Of a DNA stretch of 64,000 nucleotides, positions 26,534-35,886 are shown one piece after another. A program made the position numbers and the translations under genes. Below the pieces are notes generated by a model that did no database searches, was not told where the DNA came from, and saw only the letters and a list, made by a program, of their open reading frames with translations. Each line of letters opens with the position of its first letter. Positions within the stretch are counted from its first letter, which is position 1. The DNA is from Polyangiales bacterium (GTDB taxonomy: Bacteria; Myxococcota_A; Polyangia; Polyangiales; Ga0077539), in NCBI GenBank assembly GCA_044229975.1, contig JBGARZ010000026.1, forward strand, positions 32,001 through 96,000, written 5' to 3'.

Positions 26534-27409
26534 GTGATGCGCCCAGCTCTCGTCGCGATGCTGATGTCGGTGGTTCCGGTCGTGGCAGCGGCCGACCCGC
26601 TGGTGGTTCATACGGCGACGCCATCCAACGGTCGCGGCATCACGTCGGCCCAGCGCGTGACGCTGGCCGACGCCGTCGCCGAGGTGATCGCGAGCGGGCA
26701 GCCCGAGGTGTTGCGCGCGTCGGAGACCCACGCGCGGGTGGAGACCCTCACGCCCGCAGCGCTCACCTGCGACGCGGCGGACTGCGCGAGCTCGCTCGTG
26801 ACGACGCTTCATGCGCGCGGCGTGGTGCTGGTCTCCGTCGCCCGCGCTCGCAACCGGGTGACGCTCACGCTCCGCTGGATCGACGCGCAGGGCGCCGTCC
26901 GCAATGAGCAGCACGCCGAGGAGGTCGTCGCCGAGTGGGACGACGCCATCGCGCTCGCAAGGGTGAGCGCCCGCGCGTTGCTCACAGCGATGCCCGCCGC
27001 TCCGCCGATGCCCGCGCCGACGGTGCTGCCGCCGACGCCGACGCCCGCGGTGGTGGCACCCATCGCGCCTCCGCCTGCACCGACCACGCGCACGGTCGTC
27101 ACGCGTCGGCCGGTCGAGGCGATCATCGGCGGTGCGCTCGTCGCGGGCGGCGCGGTCGCGCTCACCATCGGGTCCATCGCGATGGGGCAAGACGGCGGCG
27201 ATACGGGGCGGACGGTGCAGCACGGCAGCGAGGTCTATGTCGCCACGACCAGGGACACGGTGCTGGTGATCGCGGGCGCGGCGGCCGTGGCGGGCGGGGT
27301 GTTTCTGTTGGTCGACGGACTGCGCGCGCGACGCTCGGAGGAGCGGCTCTCGCTGCGCACGCTTCCTCTCAACGGCGGCGGTTGGGTCGGCATCGGAGGG
27401 GCGTTTTGA
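26534..27409 (+). CDS. Secreted/outer-surface hypothetical protein
   Basis: Signal peptide, CDAADC, Pro-rich linker, hydrophobic hairpin and terminal GGAF as in myxobacterial PEGA-type proteins. Confidence 0.65.
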   Translation: MMRPALVAMLMSVVPVVAAADPLVVHTATPSNGRGITSAQRVTLADAVAEVIASGQPEVLRASETHARVETLTPAALTCDAADCASSLVTTLHARGVVLVSVARARNRVTLTLRWIDAQGAVRNEQHAEEVVAEWDDAIALARVSARALLTAMPAAPPMPAPTVLPPTPTPAVVAPIAPPPAPTTRTVVTRRPVEAIIGGALVAGGAVALTIGSIAMGQDGGDTGRTVQHGSEVYVATTRDTVLVIAGAAAVAGGVFLLVDGLRARRSEERLSLRTLPLNGGGWVGIGGAF

Positions 27410-28194
27410 TGGACACCGACCGTCTGCGCGCGCTCGTCGAAGCGGCCCGAACGGTGCCCGCGCCGTACCGCGCCGTCATCGCCACCGACGCCGACGGAAC
27501 CCTCTGGGAAGGTGACATCGGCGACGACCTCTTCCTCGAAGCGCTCGCCCATCACCCCATCGGCCCCGACGCCCGCGAAGGTCTGCGCCGCGGTGCGCTG
27601 GAGGTCTTTGGTGACGAGGGTCCGACCGAACCGCGCGAGCTCGCCCTCGCCTTCATCGCGGCCTATCGCGCCGGGCGCGTGAGCATCGAGCGCATCTGTG
27701 CGCTCCAGGCGGAGTCGCTCGGCGATCGCCCCGCGGCGGAGTTCGATGGCCTCATCGAGACGGTCGCCGCCCGGGTCGCGCTCCGCATCCGTCCCGCCGT
27801 CAGGGTCATCGTCGAGGAGGCCGCGCGCGTGGGTGTCGCGGTACACGTCGTCACCGGCAGCCTCGGCCTCGCGGTCTCCACCGCCCTCCGAGTCGGTGGC
27901 TTGACCCACGCCTCCGCCGCGGGCGGGACGCTCGTCGTGCGGGATGGTCGGGTGCTTCCGTCGCTGGTCGGGCCGATTCCGTTGCATGGCGGCAAGGTCA
28001 CGGCCCTCCAAGCGGCGGGCGCGTGGCCACCCGCGCTGGGCATGGGCGACGGCGGTTGGGACTCGACCTTCCTCCGTGGGTGCGCGGTTCCGTTGCTCGT
28101 CCACCCGACGCCTGCACTGCTCGACGCCATGGCCGCGACCGCGGGAGTGATGATCCTGCGCGATGGGCACGTCACACCGCTTCCTTCCCCGTGA
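27409..28194 (+). CDS. HAD-superfamily hydrolase
   Basis: DADGTLW motif I, VTGS motif II, Lys, GDGGWD motif IV; TGATG overlap. Confidence 0.8.
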   Translation: MDTDRLRALVEAARTVPAPYRAVIATDADGTLWEGDIGDDLFLEALAHHPIGPDAREGLRRGALEVFGDEGPTEPRELALAFIAAYRAGRVSIERICALQAESLGDRPAAEFDGLIETVAARVALRIRPAVRVIVEEAARVGVAVHVVTGSLGLAVSTALRVGGLTHASAAGGTLVVRDGRVLPSLVGPIPLHGGKVTALQAAGAWPPALGMGDGGWDSTFLRGCAVPLLVHPTPALLDAMAATAGVMILRDGHVTPLPSP

Positions 28195-28216
28195 TGGTTC
28201 GCCGAAGAGGTTCTCC

Positions 28217-29491
28217 ATGAAGACCGGACTGCTCGTCGCTGCGCTCTCCCTGCTCCCCGCGGTCGCCTCCGCCCAGGAGTCTGCCCTCGCCGCCCTGCGC
28301 GCCAACGCCTCGAACCCCGCGGGTGCTCTCGCCCTCGGTCGCGCGCTGCGCCGCGCCGGTCGCTTCGACGAGGCGGTGCGCGTCCTCAACGGCGTGCGCG
28401 ACCCGTCCCTGCGGCAGAGCGCGCAGTGGGAGGTCGCCCGCGTGCGCTTCGACCAGGGCAACTTCCGACCGGCCCAGGCCGCCTGCAACGCCCTCCCCGC
28501 GGGTCCACAGCGCCGCGTGTGCATGGCCCGCGCAAACCTCGTGTGGCACCGCGTGGCCCTCGCCGACCGTGAGCTCAACGCCGCCCGATCGATGAGCGCG
28601 GGCGACGGTGAGCTCCAGCTCGCGACCGCCGACGCGCGACGCATGGCCGCCGACCTGCCCGCCGCCGAGGCCGCCTACCGCGAGGCCGCGCAGGCGCTGC
28701 CCGACCGCGCCGATCCGCAGCTGGGTCTAGGCGCGCTCGCCGAGCTCGCCGGGCAGCTCGACGCGGCCGAAGCGGCGTACCGGCGCGCGGTGTCCGTCGA
28801 CGCGAGCGACCCGCAGTCGGCGCTAGCACTCGGGCGCTTTCTGCTGCGTCGGCGCAACAACGCGACGGAGGCTCTGCCGCTCTTGCAGCGAGCCGCGACC
28901 GATCGAACGCAGTGGCCCGAGGCGCTGACGGCGCTGGGTGACGCGCTGCTCGCCAACGGCGACGCGGCGACGGCGCGCAGCTCCTTCGAAAACGCCCTGC
29001 GGCTCTCTCCCACGCAGCCGGGCGCGCAGGCGGGCCTCGGGCGCGCGCTGATCGCGCAGCAGCAGTGGGCCGCGGCCGAGGCGCCGTTTCGCGCGGCGAT
29101 GGCCCAGGTCGGAACCGACGCGTCGGCCTACGCGGGTCTCGCCGATGTGCTGGAGCACACCAACCGCGAACAGGAGGCGATGCAGGCGTGGGACGCCGCC
29201 ATCGACCGCGCGCCTACCGACCCGGCGATTCGCCTGCGCGCCGCCGACCTCGCGCACCGCACCCAGCAGAACGCCCTCGCCCGCGCGTACATCGACCGGG
29301 TGCTCACCGACGCGCCCCGCAACGCCTCGGCGCTGCTGCTCCGCGGCGTCATCGCGGCGGAAGACGGCGACCGCAACGCCGCGCGCACCGCCCTCACCGC
29401 GGCCCTGAGCGGCGACGGCCCCATCGACCGCGAGCTCGCCGAGCGTCGATTGCGCGAGCTCGACCAGCCCACGCGACCGCGCCGCCGGTAG
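28217..29491 (+). CDS. Secreted TPR-repeat protein
   Basis: Signal peptide (ASA|QE) followed by repeated Ala/Leu-rich TPR helices. Confidence 0.85.
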   Translation: MKTGLLVAALSLLPAVASAQESALAALRANASNPAGALALGRALRRAGRFDEAVRVLNGVRDPSLRQSAQWEVARVRFDQGNFRPAQAACNALPAGPQRRVCMARANLVWHRVALADRELNAARSMSAGDGELQLATADARRMAADLPAAEAAYREAAQALPDRADPQLGLGALAELAGQLDAAEAAYRRAVSVDASDPQSALALGRFLLRRRNNATEALPLLQRAATDRTQWPEALTALGDALLANGDAATARSSFENALRLSPTQPGAQAGLGRALIAQQQWAAAEAPFRAAMAQVGTDASAYAGLADVLEHTNREQEAMQAWDAAIDRAPTDPAIRLRAADLAHRTQQNALARAYIDRVLTDAPRNASALLLRGVIAAEDGDRNAARTALTAALSGDGPIDRELAERRLRELDQPTRPRRR

Positions 29492-29494
29492 ACG

Positions 29495-30166
29495 ATGCTT
29501 CGCCACGCCATCGCCATCGCGCGGAAGGACCTCCTCATCGAGCTGCGGGTGCGCGAGGTGGTCCCGACGATGACCTTGTTCGCGACGCTGGTCGCGGTGC
29601 TCGCGTCGATGTCGCTCTTCGTCGACGAGGACACCGGGCGCCGCGTCGCGCCGGGCGTCCTGTGGATCGCGGTGGCCTTCGCGGGGACGCTGGGCCTCTC
29701 GCGCACCTGGGACCGCGAGCGGGAGGAAGGCGCCCTGCGCGCGGTGCTGCTCTCCCCCATCTCCCCGGCCTCCATCTTCGTCGGCAAGGCCATCGGGGCG
29801 CTGGTGTTCGTGCTCATCACCGGGTGCGTCGCGGCGCTGCTCGTCGCGCTCCTTCTGCACGCCCCGCTCTTCGAGCACCTCGGTCCCTTCGCGGTGCTGC
29901 TCTTCCTCGGCACCGTCGGCTTCGTCGCGGCCGGAACCCTCTTCGGCGCCCTCGTCGCCCGCACCCGCGCCCGAGACCTGCTGCTCGCCGTGGTGCTCTA
30001 TCCGCTCGTCTCGCCGGCGCTGCTCTGCGGAGTCGTGGCGACGCGCGACCTCTTCGGCGGCGCCTCGGTCGGACAGATCGCCGACTGGTTCAAGCTGCTG
30101 GTGATCTTCGACCTAGTGTTTATTGGCGGGGGCGTGGCGCTGCTCCCGACGCTGCTCTCGGAGTGA
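29495..30166 (+). CDS. ccmB: Heme exporter protein B
   Basis: ARKDLLIELR, APGVLWI, REREEGAL, LLLAVVLYPLVSP; six TM helices. Confidence 0.88.
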   Translation: MLRHAIAIARKDLLIELRVREVVPTMTLFATLVAVLASMSLFVDEDTGRRVAPGVLWIAVAFAGTLGLSRTWDREREEGALRAVLLSPISPASIFVGKAIGALVFVLITGCVAALLVALLLHAPLFEHLGPFAVLLFLGTVGFVAAGTLFGALVARTRARDLLLAVVLYPLVSPALLCGVVATRDLFGGASVGQIADWFKLLVIFDLVFIGGGVALLPTLLSE

Positions 30167-30173
30167 AGAGGCG

Positions 30174-31100
30174 CTACCAGGCGTAGACCGCGGCCTCGCC
30201 GTGACGGCGCACGAGGCCGTCGACGTACTCCGCGAGGATGTCGCGGCGGCGCAGCAGCGAGCGGAGCTGGAGCGCCGTAAGCGGAGGGAAGGTGCGGTCG
30301 GGGTCGAGGGACATCTCGGCGCGCACCGACGCCTCGGTCATGGCGCGGGCGCGGGTGATGACCGCTCGGTTGAAGCGCTGCGTGCGTTGGAGCATCGAGC
30401 GCGAGCGCTGTAGCAGACCGTCGACGAAGGGCTCCTCGAAGCCGCCGTTGTTGTCGCGGTAGATGAGGTGCCCCTGCGCGTCCATCGGGACGTTGGCGCC
30501 GCTCCAGCGATCCCAGTTGCCGGTCAGGAAGTCGAAGACCAGCAGCGTCGAGATCTCCTCGGCGCGCTGTGACTGATCGGGCGGCAGCGGTCGGCCCTGA
30601 CGCAGCCAGCGTGACCAGCGCTCCTGCTCCTGCGGGTCGTCGATGCGCGACGGCCGCAGCACCGGCACCCAATAGATGGCCGCGCCCCGCGCCGTGTTGT
30701 CGCGGTCGAAGAGCACCGGGCTGTCGGGCGCGAGCCGCAGCGTCGCCCGCGGGACGGCGCGCGAGATGGCCGGCGGCACCCGCGTGAGACCGAGCAGGCG
30801 GTTGAGCCGGTAGGCCGCGATCTCGCCGCGGTAATGGTCGCCGTGGCTGGAGGTGCGGGGCTTCCACGCCGCGTCGATGCCGCCCTCCAGGCGGAAGTGG
30901 AGGTTCACGCTGGTGCTGCCGACGTTCTGTCGGCCGAGCACCCGCGCGCTGCGGATGGCCTCCAGGATGCGCGTCTCGGAGACACCTCCGAAGGTCCGAC
31001 CATCGGCCACGACGGCAGGCGGAGGGGACGGTTGCGAGAGCCCGACCAGCGGGCCGAGGCCGATCGCGAGGCTCAGGAGGGGTGAGATCCAACGACGCAT
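30174..31100 (-). CDS. Secreted atypical kinase, FAM20/four-jointed-like
   Basis: Signal-peptide-like N-terminus; AWKPR, EIAAYRLNRLLGLTRVPP, FDFLTGNWDR, RDNNGGF. Confidence 0.75.
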   Translation of the reverse strand: MRRWISPLLSLAIGLGPLVGLSQPSPPPAVVADGRTFGGVSETRILEAIRSARVLGRQNVGSTSVNLHFRLEGGIDAAWKPRTSSHGDHYRGEIAAYRLNRLLGLTRVPPAISRAVPRATLRLAPDSPVLFDRDNTARGAAIYWVPVLRPSRIDDPQEQERWSRWLRQGRPLPPDQSQRAEEISTLLVFDFLTGNWDRWSGANVPMDAQGHLIYRDNNGGFEEPFVDGLLQRSRSMLQRTQRFNRAVITRARAMTEASVRAEMSLDPDRTFPPLTALQLRSLLRRRDILAEYVDGLVRRHGEAAVYAW

Positions 31101-31244
31101 GTCGGCCGCGAGAGCTAGCACGACCGACCCGAACGCCGGAATTCAGTGGAGTCCATCAAAGCGCGTGACGGACGCGCGGGGCGCGGCATTCCCTCGCGTG
31201 ACCCTTGACCTGTCCGCGCGCCTGAGAAATGGTCCCGGCCCGCC

Positions 31245-32066
31245 ATGCGTCACCCCCCCTTCGCCGTCGCTTCGTTGGTCCTCGTCTGTGGCGCTGTGGC
31301 CGGCGTCGTGATGGCCCAGCCCCGGCCTCGTCCGCCCGTGCGCCCGGTGCGCGCCGACGCCGGCGTGGTCGCCGATGGCAGCGCCCCCGCGGCCGATGCC
31401 TCGACCCCTGCGACCGACGCCTCGGCGACGCCCGCCGCGAGCCTCGACGGCGCGACCCCCGCGACGCCCGTCAGCCTCGAAGACGGCGGCGTGCGCGTGG
31501 GCGACGCGTCCATCCCGATGCGCCAGCTCGGCACGGGCACGGTGATCCACTTCCCGGTGCCCGAGCAGCTCGCCCGCACGGCGGTGCCGGTGTTCGCGCA
31601 GATCCGCTCGACGGCGCCCATCGACCACGTCTCGCTCTTCTACCGCGGCGTCGGCGCGCGGCGGTACACCGAGGTCCGCATGCCCGCGCTCGGGCAGCAG
31701 TTTCGCCTGCCGTCGGGCTTCGGCGCGATGATCCCCTGCGACGACATCTTCCCGCCGCGGGTCGAGTACTACGTCGCAGCCATCGACTCGTCGGGCGCCT
31801 CCAACGGCGGCGCGGGCACGGCCGAGTCCCCCGTCCAGGTGGACATCGTCGACCGCCGCTCGTACGCCGCGCCGACGCTCCCCGGTCAGCCTCCGCCGCG
31901 CACCTGCGGCTCGCTCGCACAGACCGCCACCGTCCGCGACGCGGGCAGCGGCCCGGCCGTCATCGAGCGCGGCACCAACGACCTCGGCGAGCCCTGCCGC
32001 ACCAACAACGAGTGCCGACGCGGCCTGCGCTGCGGCCTCAACCACCAGTGCGTCTTCGACCGCTAG
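31245..32066 (+). CDS. Secreted protein with Ig-like core and C-terminal Cys-rich module
   Basis: Signal peptide, VEYYVAAID, terminal GEPCRTNNECRRGLRCGLNHQC. Confidence 0.7.
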   Translation: MRHPPFAVASLVLVCGAVAGVVMAQPRPRPPVRPVRADAGVVADGSAPAADASTPATDASATPAASLDGATPATPVSLEDGGVRVGDASIPMRQLGTGTVIHFPVPEQLARTAVPVFAQIRSTAPIDHVSLFYRGVGARRYTEVRMPALGQQFRLPSGFGAMIPCDDIFPPRVEYYVAAIDSSGASNGGAGTAESPVQVDIVDRRSYAAPTLPGQPPPRTCGSLAQTATVRDAGSGPAVIERGTNDLGEPCRTNNECRRGLRCGLNHQCVFDR

Positions 32067-32067
32067 C

Positions 32068-32125
32068 ATTGCCAGTCTGGCAATCGCCCTCCGCGATGAC
32101 CCGCACCTCACCTGCCAGATCGGCA
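32068..32125. promoter_or_regulatory. Two related palindromes, candidate enhancer sites upstream of the T2SS operon
   Basis: ATTGCCAG-T-CTGGCAAT (32068-32084) and TGCCAGATCGGCA (32113-32125), centres 43 bp apart. Confidence 0.55.
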
Positions 32126-32190
32126 CCCGTCACCCCCGGCGCCAACCCGCGGTCCCGCAGCGGACCCGGGGTTTCCCGCGCCCACCAGGG

Positions 32191-32206
32191 TGGCACGGGC
32201 AGCGCA
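32191..32206 (+). promoter_or_regulatory. Candidate sigma54 promoter of the gsp operon
   Basis: TGGCACG-GGCA-GCGCA with GG-N10-GC spacing, 17 nt before the gspC ATG. Confidence 0.6.
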
Positions 32207-32222
32207 TAGGACACCCCCACCG

Positions 32223-33281
32223 ATGGCTCGCTGGCTCAACAACATCGAAGGGGTCCTTCGACGCTACCCCTGGGTCATCCCCCTGGGGGCATTGGTTCCG
32301 TGCGCGTACTTCGCGGCGCGTGGCACCAACGACCTCGTGGCCGCCCAGCTCTTCGCGGCCGACACCGACGCGCTGGCGCGGGCCCTCCCGGCCTCCGCCG
32401 CCGGGGCGACGCCGGGCGAGCCCGTGGCCAACCACCACGTGCGCGACCGCACGGCGATCATCCACCGCAACGTCTTCGACTCCGACGCGGGCTGCCTCGA
32501 CTGCGACGCGGGCCCCGCCGACGTGGTCGAGGTCGCCAACGACGGCACGCCACCGCCGCCCGAAGAGACCTTCCCCCCAGAGGCCTGCTACCCCGCGCCT
32601 CCCGGCGACGGGCGCGTGCGACCGGGGCCCTGCGAGACCGCGGCACGCATCGTCGGCGCGGTGGAGAGCGACGACCTGCTGTGGTCGTTCGTGCTGGTGA
32701 AGGACACCCCGACGGCGTCGGCGATGCCCTACCGCTTCGGCTCCACCCTCGACGGTCGCAACGTCGGCATCGTCTCGTGGTGCCGCGGACTCGGGGCCTA
32801 CGTGCTCCTCCGCCCGCCCGGCGGTCAGCGCTGCTTCCTCGCGCAGAACATGCCTCCGCGCACGGCCCCCGCCGCGCCTGCGGCGCCCGTCGCAGCCGCC
32901 GCGGCCCCGGCCGCCGATGGTGCGCTCGGGGGTGTGCTGGAGGGCATCGAGCGGGTGAGTAACAACGAGTTCAACGTCCGTCGCAGCACCGTCGACCGCA
33001 TCCTGGAGAGCCAGGCCGAGCTCATGCGGACGACGCGCATCATGCCCGTCGACCAGGGCGGGCGCGTCATCGGCGTGCAGCTCTTCGGGGTGCGCGGCAA
33101 CTCGCTGCTGGGCCGCCTCGGGATGCAGAACGGCGACGTCCTCAACCGCATCAACGGCCTCGACATCGGCTCGCCCGACCGCGCGCTCGAGGCCTACTCC
33201 CGGCTCCGCACCAGCGACAATCTCCAGGTGTCCGTCACCCGCAACGGGCAGCCCGTCAACATCGACTTCCACATCCGCTGA
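32223..33281 (+). CDS. gspC: Type II secretion protein C (TM, HR region, PDZ)
   Basis: N-terminal TM, RNVFDS, C-terminal PDZ (LGMQNGDVLNRING); first gene of the gsp cluster. Confidence 0.88.
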   Translation: MARWLNNIEGVLRRYPWVIPLGALVPCAYFAARGTNDLVAAQLFAADTDALARALPASAAGATPGEPVANHHVRDRTAIIHRNVFDSDAGCLDCDAGPADVVEVANDGTPPPPEETFPPEACYPAPPGDGRVRPGPCETAARIVGAVESDDLLWSFVLVKDTPTASAMPYRFGSTLDGRNVGIVSWCRGLGAYVLLRPPGGQRCFLAQNMPPRTAPAAPAAPVAAAAAPAADGALGGVLEGIERVSNNEFNVRRSTVDRILESQAELMRTTRIMPVDQGGRVIGVQLFGVRGNSLLGRLGMQNGDVLNRINGLDIGSPDRALEAYSRLRTSDNLQVSVTRNGQPVNIDFHIR

Positions 33282-33287
33282 GCACGC

Positions 33288-35861
33288 ATGACCCGCCGAC
33301 CATCGACCGCCTCGTCCCTCATCGCGCTCTGCGCCGCCCTCGCCGCCCTGCTCGCGCACGCCGCGGTCGCAGTCGCGCAGCCGGGCCCGACGCCCACCCG
33401 ACCCGACCGGCTCAACCCGGGCATCGTGCAGGCGCAGCCGCCGACGGTGGCGCCGCGCACGCCCGCGGTCCCGGTCGCGCGCCCCGCGGCGACGCCAGTC
33501 GCGCGCCCCGCGGCGACGCCCGTCGCCGCCCCCACGCGCACCGGAACCGGCCCTGGTCAGCAGGTCGCCCCGACACCCGGCATCCAGTCGGTCATCGGCG
33601 CGGCGGGGGCCAACCCCAACATGCACGAGTTCGATCCGGGCATGGAGTACCAGGCGCTGCCGCCGGGGGCGCGCATCACGTTCAACCTCCAGGACGCTGA
33701 CCTCCCCGACCTCATCCGCGCCATCGGCAACATCACGGGCCGACGCTTCATCCTCCCGGGCAAGGTGCGGTCGATCAAGACCACCATCTACTCGCCCACC
33801 AAGGTCACGCCCGCCGAGGCCTACCAGGCCTTCCTCTCGGTGCTCGCGGTCAACGGGATGACCGTCGTCCCGTCGGGTCGCTACCTCAAGGTCGAGGAGA
33901 CCGCCGGGGCCGCCACGCAGGTGCTCCCCACCTACGGCGCCGGGCAGGACGCGCCCGCCGACGACCGCTTCATCACCCGCGTGGTGCGCCTGCGAAGCAT
34001 CTCCGCCGACGACGCCTCGACGGTGCTCGGGCACTTCAAATCGCGCGACGGAGACATCACCCCGTACGCGGCCACCAACACGCTCATCATCACCGACCTC
34101 GCGGCCAACATCCGACGGATGCTCCAGATTCTCGGGGAGGTCGACGTCGGTGGGGTCGGCGAGCAGATCTGGGTCGAGCCAGTGCACTACGCGCTCGCCA
34201 GTGAGCTCGCGACGCGCATCACCGAGATCCTCGGCGGCGGCACCGGCGCGGCCGCGGCGGCTCGTCCCGCGGGCGCAGCGGCGACGTCGGAGGTACGCCT
34301 CGGGCGCATCCTCTCGGACGACCGCACCAACAGCCTCGTCATCGTGGCCACGCAGCGGATGTACATCCGCGTGCTCGAGCTGCTCCGCCGCCTCGACGTC
34401 TCCATCGACGGCGAAGGCCAGGTGAGGGTGCTCCGCCTCCAGCACGGCGACGCCGACGAGATGGCGACCGTCCTCAACAACATCACCAACGGCGGCCGTC
34501 AGGCGGGCGCCCCCGCGGCGGGCGCGGCGCGCGGCACCAACGCGGTCTTCGAAGGACCGGTCCGCATCACGGCCGACAAGCCCTCCAACGCGCTGGTCAT
34601 CACCTCGTCGCCGCGTGACTACGTCGCTCTCCGTCGGGTCATCGACGAGCTCGACCGGTCGCGCCGGCAGGTGTTCATCGAGGCCGTCGTGATGGAGCTG
34701 TCCATCAACCGCTCCAACCGCCTCGGGCTCAACTTCCACGGCGCCCTGCCCCTCGACGAGAGCGGCCAGGAGGGCATCGCGCTCGGCGGCTTCAACCCCC
34801 TGTCGAGCATCATTCCTGGCGCCGACGCGCTCACGGGCCTCGCCCTCGGCGTGCGCGGCCAGCAGGTCGCCGGCTCGCAGAACCTCATCCCCGGCATCGG
34901 CGTGTCCATCCCGGCCTTCGGCGTGACCCTCAACGCCCTCGCCTCGACGGGCGACGCCAACGTCCTCTCGATGCCGCACATCCTCGCGACGGACAACTCG
35001 CCCGCCGACATCAACGTCGGGCAGAACGTCCCCCTCCAGACCAACATCGGCGGCATCGCGTCGGGCCTCACCGGCGCCGCGGGCGCGCAGGCGGGTGCGC
35101 TCGGCGGCCTGCTCGGCGGGCTCGGCGGCGCGGGCTTCGCGGCGCCCCGCCAGGACGTCGGCACGAAGATCCGCATCATCCCGCACATCAACGACTCCAA
35201 CGAGGTGCGCCTGGAGATCGACGAGGAGATCTCCGAGGTGGGCGCCTCCAGCGGTCAGCTCGGCGCGGTGACCATCAACCGCCGCACGGCCAAGACCGTC
35301 ACCGTGGTGCGCGACCAGAACACCGTCGTGATCGGCGGCCTCATCCGCAACACCGACACCAACAGCGAGACACGCATCCCCATCCTCGGGGACATCCCCA
35401 TCCTCGGCGCGCTCTTCCGGCGCACCGAGCGCGCGGTGCAGCGCTCCAACCTCCTGCTCATCCTCACGCCCTACGTCATCCGCGACCAGAGCGACCTGCG
35501 CCGCATCTTCGAGCGCAAGATGCGCGAGCGGCAGGAGTTCCTCGACCGGTACTTCGTCTTCGGCGACCAGGACTACGAGCCGCCGCGCGACTACTCGCGC
35601 ACCAACGGTCTGGTCGAGGAGATCCGGCAGTCCATCCGCGAGCTGCGCACGCGCGCCGAGCTCGAAGCCAACGCCCGCCCGGTGCGACCGGCGCCGCACA
35701 TGCCCGGCGAGAGCATCGAGCTCCCGGTCGAGATGCGCCCCTCGTCGGGCCCGCCCAGCGCCGCCGCCCCCGCCGCGCCGGTCGCCGGTGCCCCGGCCCT
35801 CGCGCCCGCTCCGGCCATCGTCGCCCCGGCGATCGCCCTGCCCGTCGCCACGCCTCCGTAG
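33288..35861 (+). CDS. gspD: Type II secretion secretin D
   Basis: FNLQDADL N0 domain, TNSLVIV repeats, QVFIEAVVMEL, VVIGGLI, IPILGDIPILGALFR. Confidence 0.95.
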   Translation: MTRRPSTASSLIALCAALAALLAHAAVAVAQPGPTPTRPDRLNPGIVQAQPPTVAPRTPAVPVARPAATPVARPAATPVAAPTRTGTGPGQQVAPTPGIQSVIGAAGANPNMHEFDPGMEYQALPPGARITFNLQDADLPDLIRAIGNITGRRFILPGKVRSIKTTIYSPTKVTPAEAYQAFLSVLAVNGMTVVPSGRYLKVEETAGAATQVLPTYGAGQDAPADDRFITRVVRLRSISADDASTVLGHFKSRDGDITPYAATNTLIITDLAANIRRMLQILGEVDVGGVGEQIWVEPVHYALASELATRITEILGGGTGAAAAARPAGAAATSEVRLGRILSDDRTNSLVIVATQRMYIRVLELLRRLDVSIDGEGQVRVLRLQHGDADEMATVLNNITNGGRQAGAPAAGAARGTNAVFEGPVRITADKPSNALVITSSPRDYVALRRVIDELDRSRRQVFIEAVVMELSINRSNRLGLNFHGALPLDESGQEGIALGGFNPLSSIIPGADALTGLALGVRGQQVAGSQNLIPGIGVSIPAFGVTLNALASTGDANVLSMPHILATDNSPADINVGQNVPLQTNIGGIASGLTGAAGAQAGALGGLLGGLGGAGFAAPRQDVGTKIRIIPHINDSNEVRLEIDEEISEVGASSGQLGAVTINRRTAKTVTVVRDQNTVVIGGLIRNTDTNSETRIPILGDIPILGALFRRTERAVQRSNLLLILTPYVIRDQSDLRRIFERKMRERQEFLDRYFVFGDQDYEPPRDYSRTNGLVEEIRQSIRELRTRAELEANARPVRPAPHMPGESIELPVEMRPSSGPPSAAAPAAPVAGAPALAPAPAIVAPAIALPVATPP
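33474..33521 (+). repeat. 24-bp tandem duplication in the gspD linker (VARPAATP x2)
   Basis: GTCGCGCGCCCCGCGGCGACGCC occurs twice in tandem. Confidence 0.7.
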
Positions 35862-35886
35862 GCTGTTTCCTGGAGAGACCCCGACG

